A DNA stretch of 49,110 nucleotides from Reclinomonas americana ATCC 50394 (taxonomy: Eukaryota): assembly GCA_048213135.1 (NCBI GenBank), contig PS015099.1:8547-57656 (forward strand), written 5' to 3'. Positions 35,812-46,917 of the stretch are shown here, piece after piece. The notes beneath the pieces were generated by a model, which worked only from the letters and a program-made list of their open reading frames with translations, was not told where the DNA came from and did no database searches. How positions within the stretch are numbered: the stretch's first letter is position 1; every line of letters begins with the position of its first letter. The position numbers and the translations under genes are program-made.

Positions 35812-36135
35812 CTCAACTGACTCCATCCCAAAAGTTTGCCACTGCCAGAAAGTTTCCCAAGCCCTCGATGCTGAAGAACTCCCAGCCGGCCGCTCCCTGC
35901 GTTGGCACAGTGCCGATCTTGACCCACTCAAGCTCAATGGCAGAGCCGACCACTGTGGAGGACAACTGTGCCGAGAGAGAGTGTGTGTGAGAGAAGGGGA
36001 GAGAGTGTGTGAGAGAGAGAGAGCACGCACTGCGTCTGTGAGTCCGCCTGCGTTGTCCAGGAGATGCGCATGTGTCACTGCACAGGTACATGCCAGCAGG
36101 AGGAGGAGAACGAGAAGAGCAGATCGCTGTTGCAT
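33971..36135 (-). CDS. secreted EPTP/EAR-repeat (LGI/TSPEAR-type beta-propeller) protein, 4 introns
   Basis: Signal peptide MQQRSALLVLLLLLACTCAVTHA. Repeated motif: PTQGAAGWEFFSIEGLGNFLAVAN, TTIGAHGWEAF..HFLAVPN, GAGQLEAFYIDDDLYLAVAE, PTTGAHDAEAF, TDGAHAAEFFSAAGFQFLAVAE, TVGATDVEYFAIGDEHYMVFS. Confidence 0.82.
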
Positions 36136-36187
36136 GCGCGCGGAAAAACGAAGGAAGAATACTGCTTCTTTCGCGCCAAAACCATTG

Positions 36188-38459
36188 TCATGCCGCCACC
36201 CTTTCCTTACCCTTCAGGTTACGCTCCTTTTGATGTCGCCGACATTGGAGTAGCTTTGATGCTTTCGCGCCGAACAACGTCATGCATTCTTCTGACNNNN
36301 NNNNNNNNNNNNNNNNTGCCGCCATGTGCGGCCGAGTACTCCTGGTAACAGCGCAGGAAAAGGGCGACGGCGGCGGAGGGTGACTCGGTGGAGAGAGTTT
36401 GACTGCGCACTTGCATGCCGACGGCTGTCGAAAGGGGAGGGTACGTGAGCGAGGAGCTCGGGAAGTGCAGTGCGTTGCGACTCAACTGTACGACTCGTCC
36501 ATGCGCCTGCGCAGACGCGACATGACTCGTTGAATGTGATTCGACGGTCGCAGCAGAGCGCCAATGCTGTGAAAAAGAATAGATGCATGAGAATGGCTGA
36601 CGTGTCCTTGCACCGCGCGCATGTCAGCGTCGACGCAACATGCGGCCCGTGTCGAGCAAGGCACCACTGAGACGATCGCGCTGCACCAGTGCGCGAGTGA
36701 GCATGGCCAGTGAGGCACGCGAGCGAACCGTAAGCATCGGCTGCAGGGCACTGTCGCCGTGCTGCAGCGCCAGCGCGCTGACCGCAAAACCTGCAACAGG
36801 GTGAGTAATCCTTGCTCCGTAATACCGCACTCCATAAAACCCGCACCCTCATGGTCCAAATCCAGCGACTGGGAGCCAATGGTGAAGCAAAGGCGCGACT
36901 GAATGTCACTGAGCTCGTACGGTCGCATCAGGGGCACAAAGAAGCGATCGAACGACGCCGGCGGCTGCCAGTCGATCACCAGCAGACGGTGGGTGAGTGC
37001 TGCAAAATTCACCGCGTCGGCCAGCTGCTCCATGCGCCGACCAATGCCTGTGCGCGGATGGCGCAGAGTGAACAACTCTGTCGATGGGGATCGATCTTAA
37101 CCAGCAGCCTCACCTCCCACCGGCTGCCAGATGAGCACTCGCGGCAAGCAGCCACGCGTCTGTGTCACCAGCTCCCGTTGCCAGGCGAAAAACGATGCCA
37201 CCAGCTCCGACTCTGCGGTCGGCGAGTGCCACGCGGAGAACTCGAATGGTCTCCACTCGGTTTCTACAAACGAGTCAGTGGCGTAGAAAACCGATGGTCC
37301 ACATCGCTGCCGCTCACCAAACAACACATCGTAGAATCGCCTCTGAGGTCGTGTGGGCGACAGAAGCAAGTCGACCTCCACATTCTCGTAGTGCATGCAG
37401 TTCGACTCCTCGATCTGCACCCACACCGCCCACACGAGCAGTGCCAGTGCAACAGCAAGTGTGGCCACGAGAAGAATTCGCATGCACCAGTCACTCTGCA
37501 GAGCGATGCAGAAGCACAGTTGTTATCACAAGACGAGCGCCACAACCACACAAACGCCCCCAACCCCACGCACCTCGCGACGCCGCCGCTCCTCCGCCTC
37601 CCGCTGCTTCTGCTGCTCCTTGGCGATGCGTAATCTCAGCAGCGACTCGGCTGCGTTGGAGACTGGACCGCGTCTACCTGGCGCTGGTGTGGAAGCAGTA
37701 GTAGCAGCAGCAGCAGCAGCACCAGCAGGTCGCCGCCCAGCACCAGCCACCGCCGCTGCGTTGTTGACAGACTCTGTCAATGTCGAGATCGATCCACCAC
37801 CAAACACTCCAGCACCATCATCCGCGTACTGCAGACGCCGCCGAGTGCTGCCTGTCGCTCGCGTATCGCGTCGCGGAGGTGGCTCGGTGCGAGTGGACAG
37901 CGCACTCACCAGAGGCTACAACACCAATCAGTTCAACATCGTCATCATCAATCATAATCATCTGATGTGGCATTTCGCGCCCAACCTTGCCACGCACAGT
38001 CTCGGCGGTCACTGCCAGTGGGCGTGCGTTCTGTGACGGTGCATCGCCCTCCGCCATGAGATCATGCAAGAGGCGCTGCCAGTCGGCCTGCGACGATGCG
38101 GTGGAGGAGGCGGTGGAGGAGAGCGATGACGTGGATGTGGCGGTCTCTCCTCCTCCTCCTTGATGGTGCTTGATGCTCCACGGATGCCGCTCTGTCGCAC
38201 CAGACGCTCCTCCTCGTGCTGCTACCGCTGCTGCTGCTGCTTCATTGCGCCCCGTGCGTGTGAACGACCATGCCCGATCGTACAAGTACGATGAGGAGCC
38301 GCCATTGCCGCCACTGTCATCGTCGTCGTCATCATGATCGGCGGGTGGCACTGGCGAGTGATACGAGGTGGGTGTGACGAGTGGAGAAACATCGGCACTC
38401 GGGGGCGCCAGGTACAGCTCCGAGGCCAGCACCGGTGGGGCCACAAGGCGCCGGCGCAT
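36188..38459 (-). CDS. type II membrane fucosyltransferase-like glycosyltransferase (GT23/GT37/NodZ-like); part hidden in gap 36297-36316
   Basis: Long disordered N-terminus, then a TM helix ILLVATLAVALALLVWAVWV. Motifs GIGRRMEQLADAVNFAALTHRLLVIDW, IIGALLRPSNHIQ and YTVGMQVR (GDP-fucose-binding motif I like xGxH/QxR). The C-terminal end after the gap is tentative. Confidence 0.65.
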
Positions 38460-39261
38460 GCGTGTGTCGACAATCAATGTTCGGTCGACAAATCGATCGG
38501 GTTGTCAAACGCAAGACGCAAGATCTGCACTTGCCAGCAGGAACGCTGGGAGGTGGACGAGGATCCGACCGAGCAGCAAAAAGTTGCAGCACGCTCGTAT
38601 CTTGCAATTGAGAAACAGGATTTTCCCATTGTCGCGACCTCGAATTCGAAGCACGAGGGCCGCCAAGGCTGCTGACCTGTTTCCCGATTCAGCCACGACC
38701 CCCAACTCCCCCCGGGTTCAGCTTTTCGCCCACCTCAACTGCAACACAGCAACAAATATCGATACTGTACATCGATTCGAACCCAGCATTTGACGAGAGG
38801 ATCGCTGCCAGCGGCGGCATCCTCGCACTCCACTTGTCTAGATCTCCTCGTTCTCCCCTTCTATGCATCACCATGGCAAGCAGTGATCCTCTGCGCACCA
38901 TGATCGCAAGGAAGATCCTCCACTTCAAAAAGATCCTCACATCCGCCGCCACTCGCAATTGACGCCGCGCTCGACACGGCGGTCGTCGCACGCTGCGCCA
39001 CCGACTAGTTGATGCGTGCAATCAGATGCTTGCAGCGTGCGGTGCAGCGGTCGACCAGGGGTGTGTGTCGGGCAGGCTGCAGCGGGCGGTGCGCACTCGA
39101 GCGAATGAATTCGAATTCCGCGTGTTCAAAATCAATCCTCTGACGGAAAATCTCGATATCAGACAACCCTCCTTCCCCACCCACTTTCGCTTTATCTGCG
39201 GAGCAAAGACCACCGCCTCCCTCTCTACCGCTCTATCGCTTCATTGCTCTCTCTCTCTCTC

Positions 39262-42200
39262 ATGAAATACGCTTCTGTTCTGCTCGTGCTGCTGGGGCTC
39301 GGCCTCCTCCTGGCATGTCTGGCCAGCACTGCTCGTGGTTTGTTCGCCCCCCTGGCCCTGCCCACCTTCATATTGAGGGCTGTGACTGACACATAAGGTC
39401 CGATCTCTCTTGTCTCTTCTGCAGCTGACTTTTACGAGGATGCCTCGCTTGGTGAGTCACGATTGCAACAACATTGATGCACGTGAAATCTGTTGTTTTG
39501 ATCGTCTGTGACTATTGCAGAGGATGACGGCGAGGAGGGTATCCTGAAGGCCATCTGCACGCCGAACGGTGGCGAATGCAACCCGAACGTACGTCTGCTC
39601 GCCGACTGCTCCACCTCGTTGCAATTGTCGGTGAAATAATACTCATTTCGATTGCGCAGGGTCAATGCAAGAAGGGCAAATGCGAGTGTCACTACAAGTT
39701 GCGTCTCCCTCTTCCTCTCACATTCTTTCCTCTCTGTTATTAACGCGCTGCGCGTGCAGCTGCTTCAACTTTGGTGGAAACGACAATCGATGTGACTAGT
39801 TGCGGAGCTGTTGGTTTTTCCGAGTGGATTCTCCCGCTTGCCTAATCTGTTTGTTGTCGACTGGTGCAGCTGGAAGGGACCGAAGTGTACGTGCCACAAG
39901 TACGCCACTTGGTGAGTGTGGAGTACCATCGTTACCGTGGCAGCAGCACGTCATCCGCTGACTGCGCTTTTTCGCAGTTCGAGCCACGGCCACTGCGATT
40001 CCAGTATGTTCGAGTGAGCGCATATAAATTCTTGAGGTTTTGACCCGGTTTCTCACACTGCGAGAGCACAGACGGCTTCTGTGTGTGCGACAAGGGCTAC
40101 TATGGACAGAAGTGCAACAAGAAATGCAGCGTTGCGTCTCTCCTCCTCCCATGCTACGTGCTGCCGGTCCGCCGGCTGAAAATCTCGTGCATTCCGCAGA
40201 ATGACAAGGCATGCAGCGGACACGGCTTCTGCAACGCCAAGGGCGGCTGCACGTGCGAGAACAACTGGGCTGGGGTGCGTGCTTGCCAAGCTTCTATCGT
40301 TTGTGCGCGAGACTCTGTTGCTTACCTTTCGCTCTTTCTCGCAGTACGAATGCGAGAAGTGCGCTCCGAACTTCTACGGCGACAAGTGCAAAGTGTTCTG
40401 CTCGGTTCGTGCGTGTGATGTAACCTTCCTCCTCGAGCTCGCCAGGCATCTGCTCTCATTGCTTGCGCCCTGCACACAGGACAAGAAGACATGCAACGGG
40501 CATGGCAAGTGCAACAAGCACGGCAAGTGCGATTGCAAGGAAAACTATTATGGCGACAAGTGCGACGTGTTCTGCTCGGTGAGTGTGTGTGGCGTGTCAC
40601 GCAGGTTGCATCTTCTGCCCCTCATGGATCCTCGCACACAGGATAAGAAGTCGTGCAATGGGCACGGCAAGTGCCAGGACGACGGCTCGTGCGATTGCAA
40701 GGACAACTACTACGGCACTCACTGCAGTGTGTTCTGCTCGGTTTGTGCACACGGCACTTCACTCCACTGCCTACGCATGCTGCTGGCTCACATTCCCAAC
40801 GCAGGACAAGGACACCTGCCACGGACACGGCAAGTGCAAGGACGACGGCTCATGCAAGTGCAATGAGAACTACTATGGAGACAAGTGTGGCGTATTCTGC
40901 TCGGTTTGTGCAAACTTACACTTCTCTCTTCTGCTTCCATATGCTGATGAGCTCACGCCCTTGACGCGCACGCGCAGCCTCACGACACGTGCAATGGACA
41001 CGGCAAGTGCAAGAACAATGGCTCGTGCGACTGCGAGGAGAACTACACTGGGGTGCGTTCATGATCACAGATTCTCGGTTTGGCCGACACGTCCACGCAC
41101 GCAGCGCTTGCTTGTGCAACAGGTTGTGCTCACCACCGGTTTGATGTTGCACAAAAAAGGACTCGTGCGACAAGTGCGCCGAGGGATTCTCGGGCCCGAA
41201 ATGCACCAAAAAGCCCCACCCCGACAGCTGGCGAAATGGCATTCGCAGTCGCGGCAACGCCGACGGCACTGGCACTGACTGCACCAACCCGGTGGGCGGC
41301 GGCGTCACTGGTTCCGAGGCCGTGTGCAAGATCGCCTGCAATGTTGCGTTTCTTATGTGTGCAGCATGTGTGTGAGTGAGAGAGAACGAGGATCCGGAGG
41401 AAGCTGATGTGTGGACACAGGCGACATTGACGTGCAGTGGAAACGGCGCATGCCTGCCCGATGGAGGCTGCAACTGCACCTACGGATGGGCTGGGGTGCG
41501 TGCCACTGTGTGCACGCTAGCAGTGCTCATGATCAGTGTGTCAACAGTCGATAACCGAGTGTTGTTGTTGTGATCACACAGTTGCACTGCGACCAATGCG
41601 CTCACCTTCACTGGGGCCCGGAGTGCACCTTCTGCGAGGTACGTGTAGATACCTTGCGCACATGACGATAGCTTGCCTGCTCACTTGTGCAACTCACAGC
41701 CGAACATCTCCTGCAACGGCCACGGCACATGCAGCACGAATGGAACCTGCGAGTGTACCGGCAACTTTAACGGGGTACGCTGCGTTTGTCGATGCTGAGC
41801 ACACTACTGCATCAGCTCAGGCACATTTGCAGGACGACTGCTCCACCTGCACTGATGGCTTTTATGGTCCCGACTGCAACGTCACCTGCAGTGTTCGTGA
41901 CTTGTACTACTAATTTTATTATTGTCTCTTTGTTGACAGTCACTCTCTCTTTCGACTGACTGCATCGCGACTGATGCACAGGCCAACACCACATGCAACA
42001 ACAACGGTGTCTGCAGCAGCACCACAGGAGAGTGCGAGTGTGACTTTGGTTGGGATGGGGTTCGTATCGATTGATCTGTGACTTTGATCTGACGTGTACC
42101 ACACTCACGTCGTAATGCAGGGTGATTGTGCTACTTGCGCTCCTGGCTTCCTCAACCTCAATGATACTTGCCAGCCGTTCTGCAACGTTGCGTGCTCACA

Positions 42201-43937
42201 AGAACATTATCAAAGGGGACTGATGACTCAATTTTATTTCTCGCTTTCACAGTCGACTGCCGACTGCAACAATCACGGCACGTGCGCCAACGGCACGTGC
42301 GAGTGCGAAACCCTGTGGGCTGGAGTGCGTCATCTCTGCACCACCGTCTGCCATTCATCTCCTGGTGTGCATTGACTCCTGTTTGCACACACTGCAGGTC
42401 CACTGCGAGAATTGTGCTCAGTCCGGCTTCTACGGATCCAACTGCGACGTTCAATGCGATGTTGCGTGCGTGCGCTCGCTGTGCAGTCCGTGTACTGTGC
42501 ACACTTGGCCCATACATTGTATGTATGTGATAGGCGGCCACCAACTGCACCAACCACGGACAGTGCAGCAGCGACGGATCATGCACCTGCAACGACGGCT
42601 TTGCCGGAGTGAGTCACACTCGCGCCGCTACTCCTCTGCTGAAGTTTCCTGTCGCTTACTGTACGCACAGCCCGACTGCGCCAACTGCACGGAGAACTAT
42701 TACGGCGACGATTGCGCTGTCTTCTGCGAGGTGCGAACTGATTTTCACTGCTACCACACGACGACACAACTTTTTGCGACTGCTGACACACATTGCTCTC
42801 CTCCATTTTCTTGATCGCCACGCAGGCCAGCATCACGTGCCTGGGCCGCGGCACATGTGACGGCAACGGCACTTGCGTGTGCAGCGGTAACTTTGCCGGG
42901 GTAAGTGCAGTCGTCAGCAGTCGCCACTGCAAACAATACCCACACTCACTCGTGACTCTAAATCGATCAGCCATACTGTGAGCTTTGCAAGTATGGCTTC
43001 AGCGGCGACAATTGCACGGAGCGGGAGAACAACTGCGATGTTGCGTGGACGCCCTCGAGCACAACCACTGACCACATCACACTCATCACACACTCACACA
43101 CAGCCCGCCGTCAATTGCACGGGCAACGGAATCTGCTGTGCTGACGGTACTTGTGCCTGCAATGCGAACTGGACTGGGGTGTGTCTGCCTTTCAGCACTG
43201 CGTACTCGACACTCACTCCAGCATCGCTACTTACCCACTTGCTTGCACACAGCCTCACTGCGATCAACCGGCAAAGAACAACACCAACACGACATGCTCT
43301 GTTGCGTGCGCACACAGCGTGTCAGGTGATGTGCCTGTGTCGCGCCTCACCTCGTTGTTCCCCTTCGCAGTCCAACTCCGATTGCAACAATCACGGCACG
43401 TGCACTAACGCTAAGTGCGAGTGTTATCAGGATTGGTACGGCAACAAGTGCCAGATCCCAGTCACCACCGACTCGACATGCCAGTATGGTGAGTCGTGTG
43501 TGATAACAAGTGCGCACTTGAGGCATTCACCACGCCACTTTTCCTTTCCCACCAGACAACGACTGCCTCGCCCAAACCCTCGGTGCGAGGGCCGGCAATG
43601 GCGGACTGATTGACGGCGGGCGGTGTGTGAACAACGTATGTGAGTGCGTGTCGGCCAATCCGGGCCTGCACTGCCAGTGCCGCGCAGGTCAGTCAGTGAT
43701 CGCACCATTTCCTATGAGCATCCCTATTCCCCTTACCGAGCGAGCACACACACAGACTCGATTCTGTGCCCGGCGATTGACGCGCGTCTCGCCGTCTTTG
43801 ACTGGCACACCGGCAATTTCCTCGGCTGCACTGGTGTGTGTCAGTAGTATCACCGCCCACAGCCTTTCGATTTAGAGCCTGCTCGTGACCGGTTGTGCAT
43901 GCATGCTGGTGCGAGCGGTGGTGACAAGACCAAGTGA
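39262..43937 (+). CDS. secreted multiple EGF-like (tenascin/laminin-type EGF) repeat protein, ~32 introns
   Basis: Signal peptide MKYASVLLVLLGLGLLLACLASTA. Tandem C-x-GHG-x-C-x(3)-G-x-C-x-C-x(2)-N-[YW]-x-G-x(2)-C units, each encoded by repeating exon modules. No TM helix; stop TGA at 43935-43937. Confidence 0.9.
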
Positions 43938-44187
43938 AAGACAGAAGATCATCAAACCTGTTCTTCAACAACAGTTTCTTCATTTTTCTTGCGTCCTCCT
44001 CTCCAACCACACACCAGTCGTCTTACTTTGGCAACACACAAGCACACACGCACACACACACAAGTATTCATGGGCATGCAATACTGTGGCGTGCAGTGCA
44101 ATGGTGACAAAGAGACTGGCGCGGCCGCGAAAACAATAATGATAGGCACACACACGGGCATGGGCATTGGGCATATTATGGGGCGTG

Positions 44188-45078
44188 TTAGAGGGTGCGA
44201 TCGACACCCCATCGAGCGCGATGCAGTTCCTCAATAAAGGACAGCAGTGTCTTGCGCTCTCCCATGCGCGAGAGTCCCATGTCCTTCAGGTCGGCCTCGG
44301 TGAGCACCGAGATGGCCTCCAGGCGGCTGAAGCCGTTTTCCTCCAGCACCTGCAGAATGCTGACTGGCATCTTGCAGTGCTTCATGATCCAGTTCTCGAC
44401 TGAGACGACAGAGTGAATTGGAGTCAGTTGTCTGCATGAAACCGAGCTGCAACAAATAGGGGGCCCACACTCTTACCTGACATGCTCAGCAGACTGCCGC
44501 CGGGTGCTGCGGTTGCGCGAGGCGACGCTGACGAACCCTGCGAATCCTCAATGGTGTCCGAGTTGAGACTGTAGCCGTCGCTGCTGTCGCGATACGCCGC
44601 CGTCGCCGAGGAGCCCGCCGCACCACCAGCCGCTGGTTTGGCCTTGGCCACCTTCTTGACAATTTTTCTGACAATGCGCTTCTTCGGCTTTTGTGGATTG
44701 TCACCACCACCGCCACCGTCCGCGGCAATCGACCGCGGGTTGCCACCATTCGGGCTGGACTGCGCGCTCGGCGACGAGCTGCCGCCAGGCGCAGCGAAAG
44801 CGGTCGCAGAGCCGGCGAGGATTGGGCGGGGTGCCGCCACAGGCACGGAGATGGCGGGCGGGCGAGCGCGGGACAACATCACTGGCGATGCTGCGCCGGC
44901 GTGGCCGTAAGGTTTCGGCTTGATGGCGGTCGGCGACAGCGCGCCCTCAATCGACGGGCTGGTGGCCTCCGGGGACGACGCAATCGGCGTAAATGCCACC
45001 ACATGCGGTGGCGATGACATGGGCAGCGGGCGCGACGGCTGTGTCGGCGCGGCAGCCACAGCAGCAGCAGCCTTCTGG

Positions 45079-45114
<36 letters not shown>

Positions 45115-46800
45115 AGGTGCTGCTGCTGCTGCTGCTGCAGGTGCTGCTGATGATGCGCGGCCATGGTGGCGGCCGTCACTGTCACCATGGCAGAGGTGGT
45201 AGTGGTGGTGGCGGCGGCGTTCGCTGTTGGTGTGGTCGCCTTGGCCGTCGTGGAGGACGAGGTCGGCGTGGTGGCGGTCGACGATGCCTCACGACGACTC
45301 TTGGAGGGCGTGACGGCGCGCGAGACGGCGGGCGTGTTGCGGCGCGAGGTGCCGGTGACGGGGGTGGTGGCCCTCGACTTGCTGTTGCGACCAGAGGCAC
45401 TGTTGTGCAGGCGCCACACGCGGCCGAGATCGCCGTTGCCGGCCAGATCGGCCAGCGAAGTGCTTTCGTCCACCTGCTAAGCAATAAGTGTTGAGTATCA
45501 TCAAGAAGGCAAAAAAAAAGGAGTGCACGACGGATCGCGTGTACTCACCTCCAGCTCCTGCCCGTAGAACTGGTTCTGGAAGGGAATGCGTGTGACCGCA
45601 GTGATGCGGTCCTTTAGATCGCGCACTGTCATCATGTCGGCGTCTTGCGGATCGCGGTCGATGCGAATCGCGTGTCGCGGCCCCAGCAACACATGCCAGC
45701 CGCTCCAGCCCTCCGGCATTAGCGCCAAATGAGAGCCCTCGACCACACCCTGGTCGAGGAGCGACAGGTTGTCTTTCAAGTTGAGGTTGCCAAGGCGCAT
45801 TGGCATGGCGTACACCGGAATGGAGAGCTGCTCCGTCAGCGCCCAGCGCAGCGAGTTGACCGAGTCCGACAACTCGGTGCGCACCGATATGTCGGCACCG
45901 TTTGGCAGGCGGAGGGTGATGCTGGCCGAGGTGCTCTCGGCCTCGTGCTGGTTCTCCAAGCGGAAGCACGCACCCTGTGCCTTGGCCGGCAGCAGCGTCT
46001 GCAGCACCTTGTCGTCCGACTCGCCCGCCAGCGGCACACCGTACCGCTGCGTCGCGCCCGAAATGCCCGTGACCTCGGTCACGCGGCGACGCAGATCGCC
46101 AATCGTGGGCAACACTGTGGTGTTTCATCGAGTCAGGAGGGAGTGAACCGATCGATATCGATCGATCGATCATGCAATATGCAAACTTCACACAAACCGT
46201 TTGTGGCAGTGTCGATTCGCACTGCTTTTCGCGGTCCATACAGCACCCAGTAGCCCAGCGGGCCCGTGGCTGCCATGTGCACCACAGAATCGCGCGCAAT
46301 GCCACAGTCGCGGAGTGTCCGACCGTCGGCCAATGCCTTGCCGGCGCGAACCAGTCGCATGGTCTGCATTGGTGGGTGCGCAGTGTGATCAGCACCACCA
46401 CAGGAAGAATCGCGACGGGTGGCGCGTGTGTGCACAGTTTGAAAGGATGAGAGAGGGAGCGAAGGAGAGGAGATAGAGAGAGAGAGAGAGTGAAGTGGGA
46501 GTGTTGTGCACGCGTGTGACAGTGTCGTTCGATCGCTATATCGCTCGTATCGCGTTTGTGCAGTGGATGTGGTTGTGTAACGCAACAGTAGGCACCACCG
46601 TGTAGTCGTACGGCCCCTGTGTGCACGTACAAGAGAACAAACGTCAAAAATCCGACTGATGCAAAGGTCGAACACCGCACACACACACACACAGACGCAA
46701 CAGACTCCGACATCATCCACTTGATCGTGTCGACACACTCGTCGGGATCCACTTGTAGCTGGGCCTCACCCAGTGCCGTGCGCACAGTCAAGCATATCAT
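44188..46800 (-). CDS. multi-ubiquitin-like-domain protein with disordered poly-Q linker and C-terminal SAM domain (5 introns)
   Basis: UBL-like segments MICLTVRT..VDPDECVDTIKW..MRLVRAGKALADGRTLRDCGIARDSVVHM and ITLRLPNG..ELSDSVNSLRWAL..LKDNLSLLDQGVVEGSHLAL, plus TIGDLRRRVTEVTGI and TVRDLKDRITAVTRIP. C-terminal VENWI..ILQVLEENGFSRLEAISVLTEADLKDMGLSRMGERKTLL is SAM-like. Confidence 0.8.
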
Positions 46801-46917
46801 CACAGTGGAATACCCTTGCTCGCACAACAAATCAAAATCGGTTGGATTGACGGTTTACTGGAATTTTTCAAGCGTCGTGCGAGAGAGAGCGAAAAGACAA
46901 CTGTTTCTTTTTTTCTC
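46801..46917. promoter_or_regulatory. putative bidirectional promoter (117 bp)
   Basis: Lies between the divergent ATGs at 46800(-) and 46918(+). Contains AAAATCGGTT-N7-CGGTTT at 46834-46856. Confidence 0.55.

Noticed and set aside
38460-39261. Short ORFs and many GATC/TCGA sites between the divergent glycosyltransferase and EGF genes
   Set aside because: No coherent spliced model, RNA fold or terminal repeats; treated as promoter/UTR.
40470-41050. Regularly spaced repeats with unique spacers, superficially CRISPR-like
   Set aside because: The repeats are EGF-coding exons and the spacers are introns; eukaryotic context, no cas genes.
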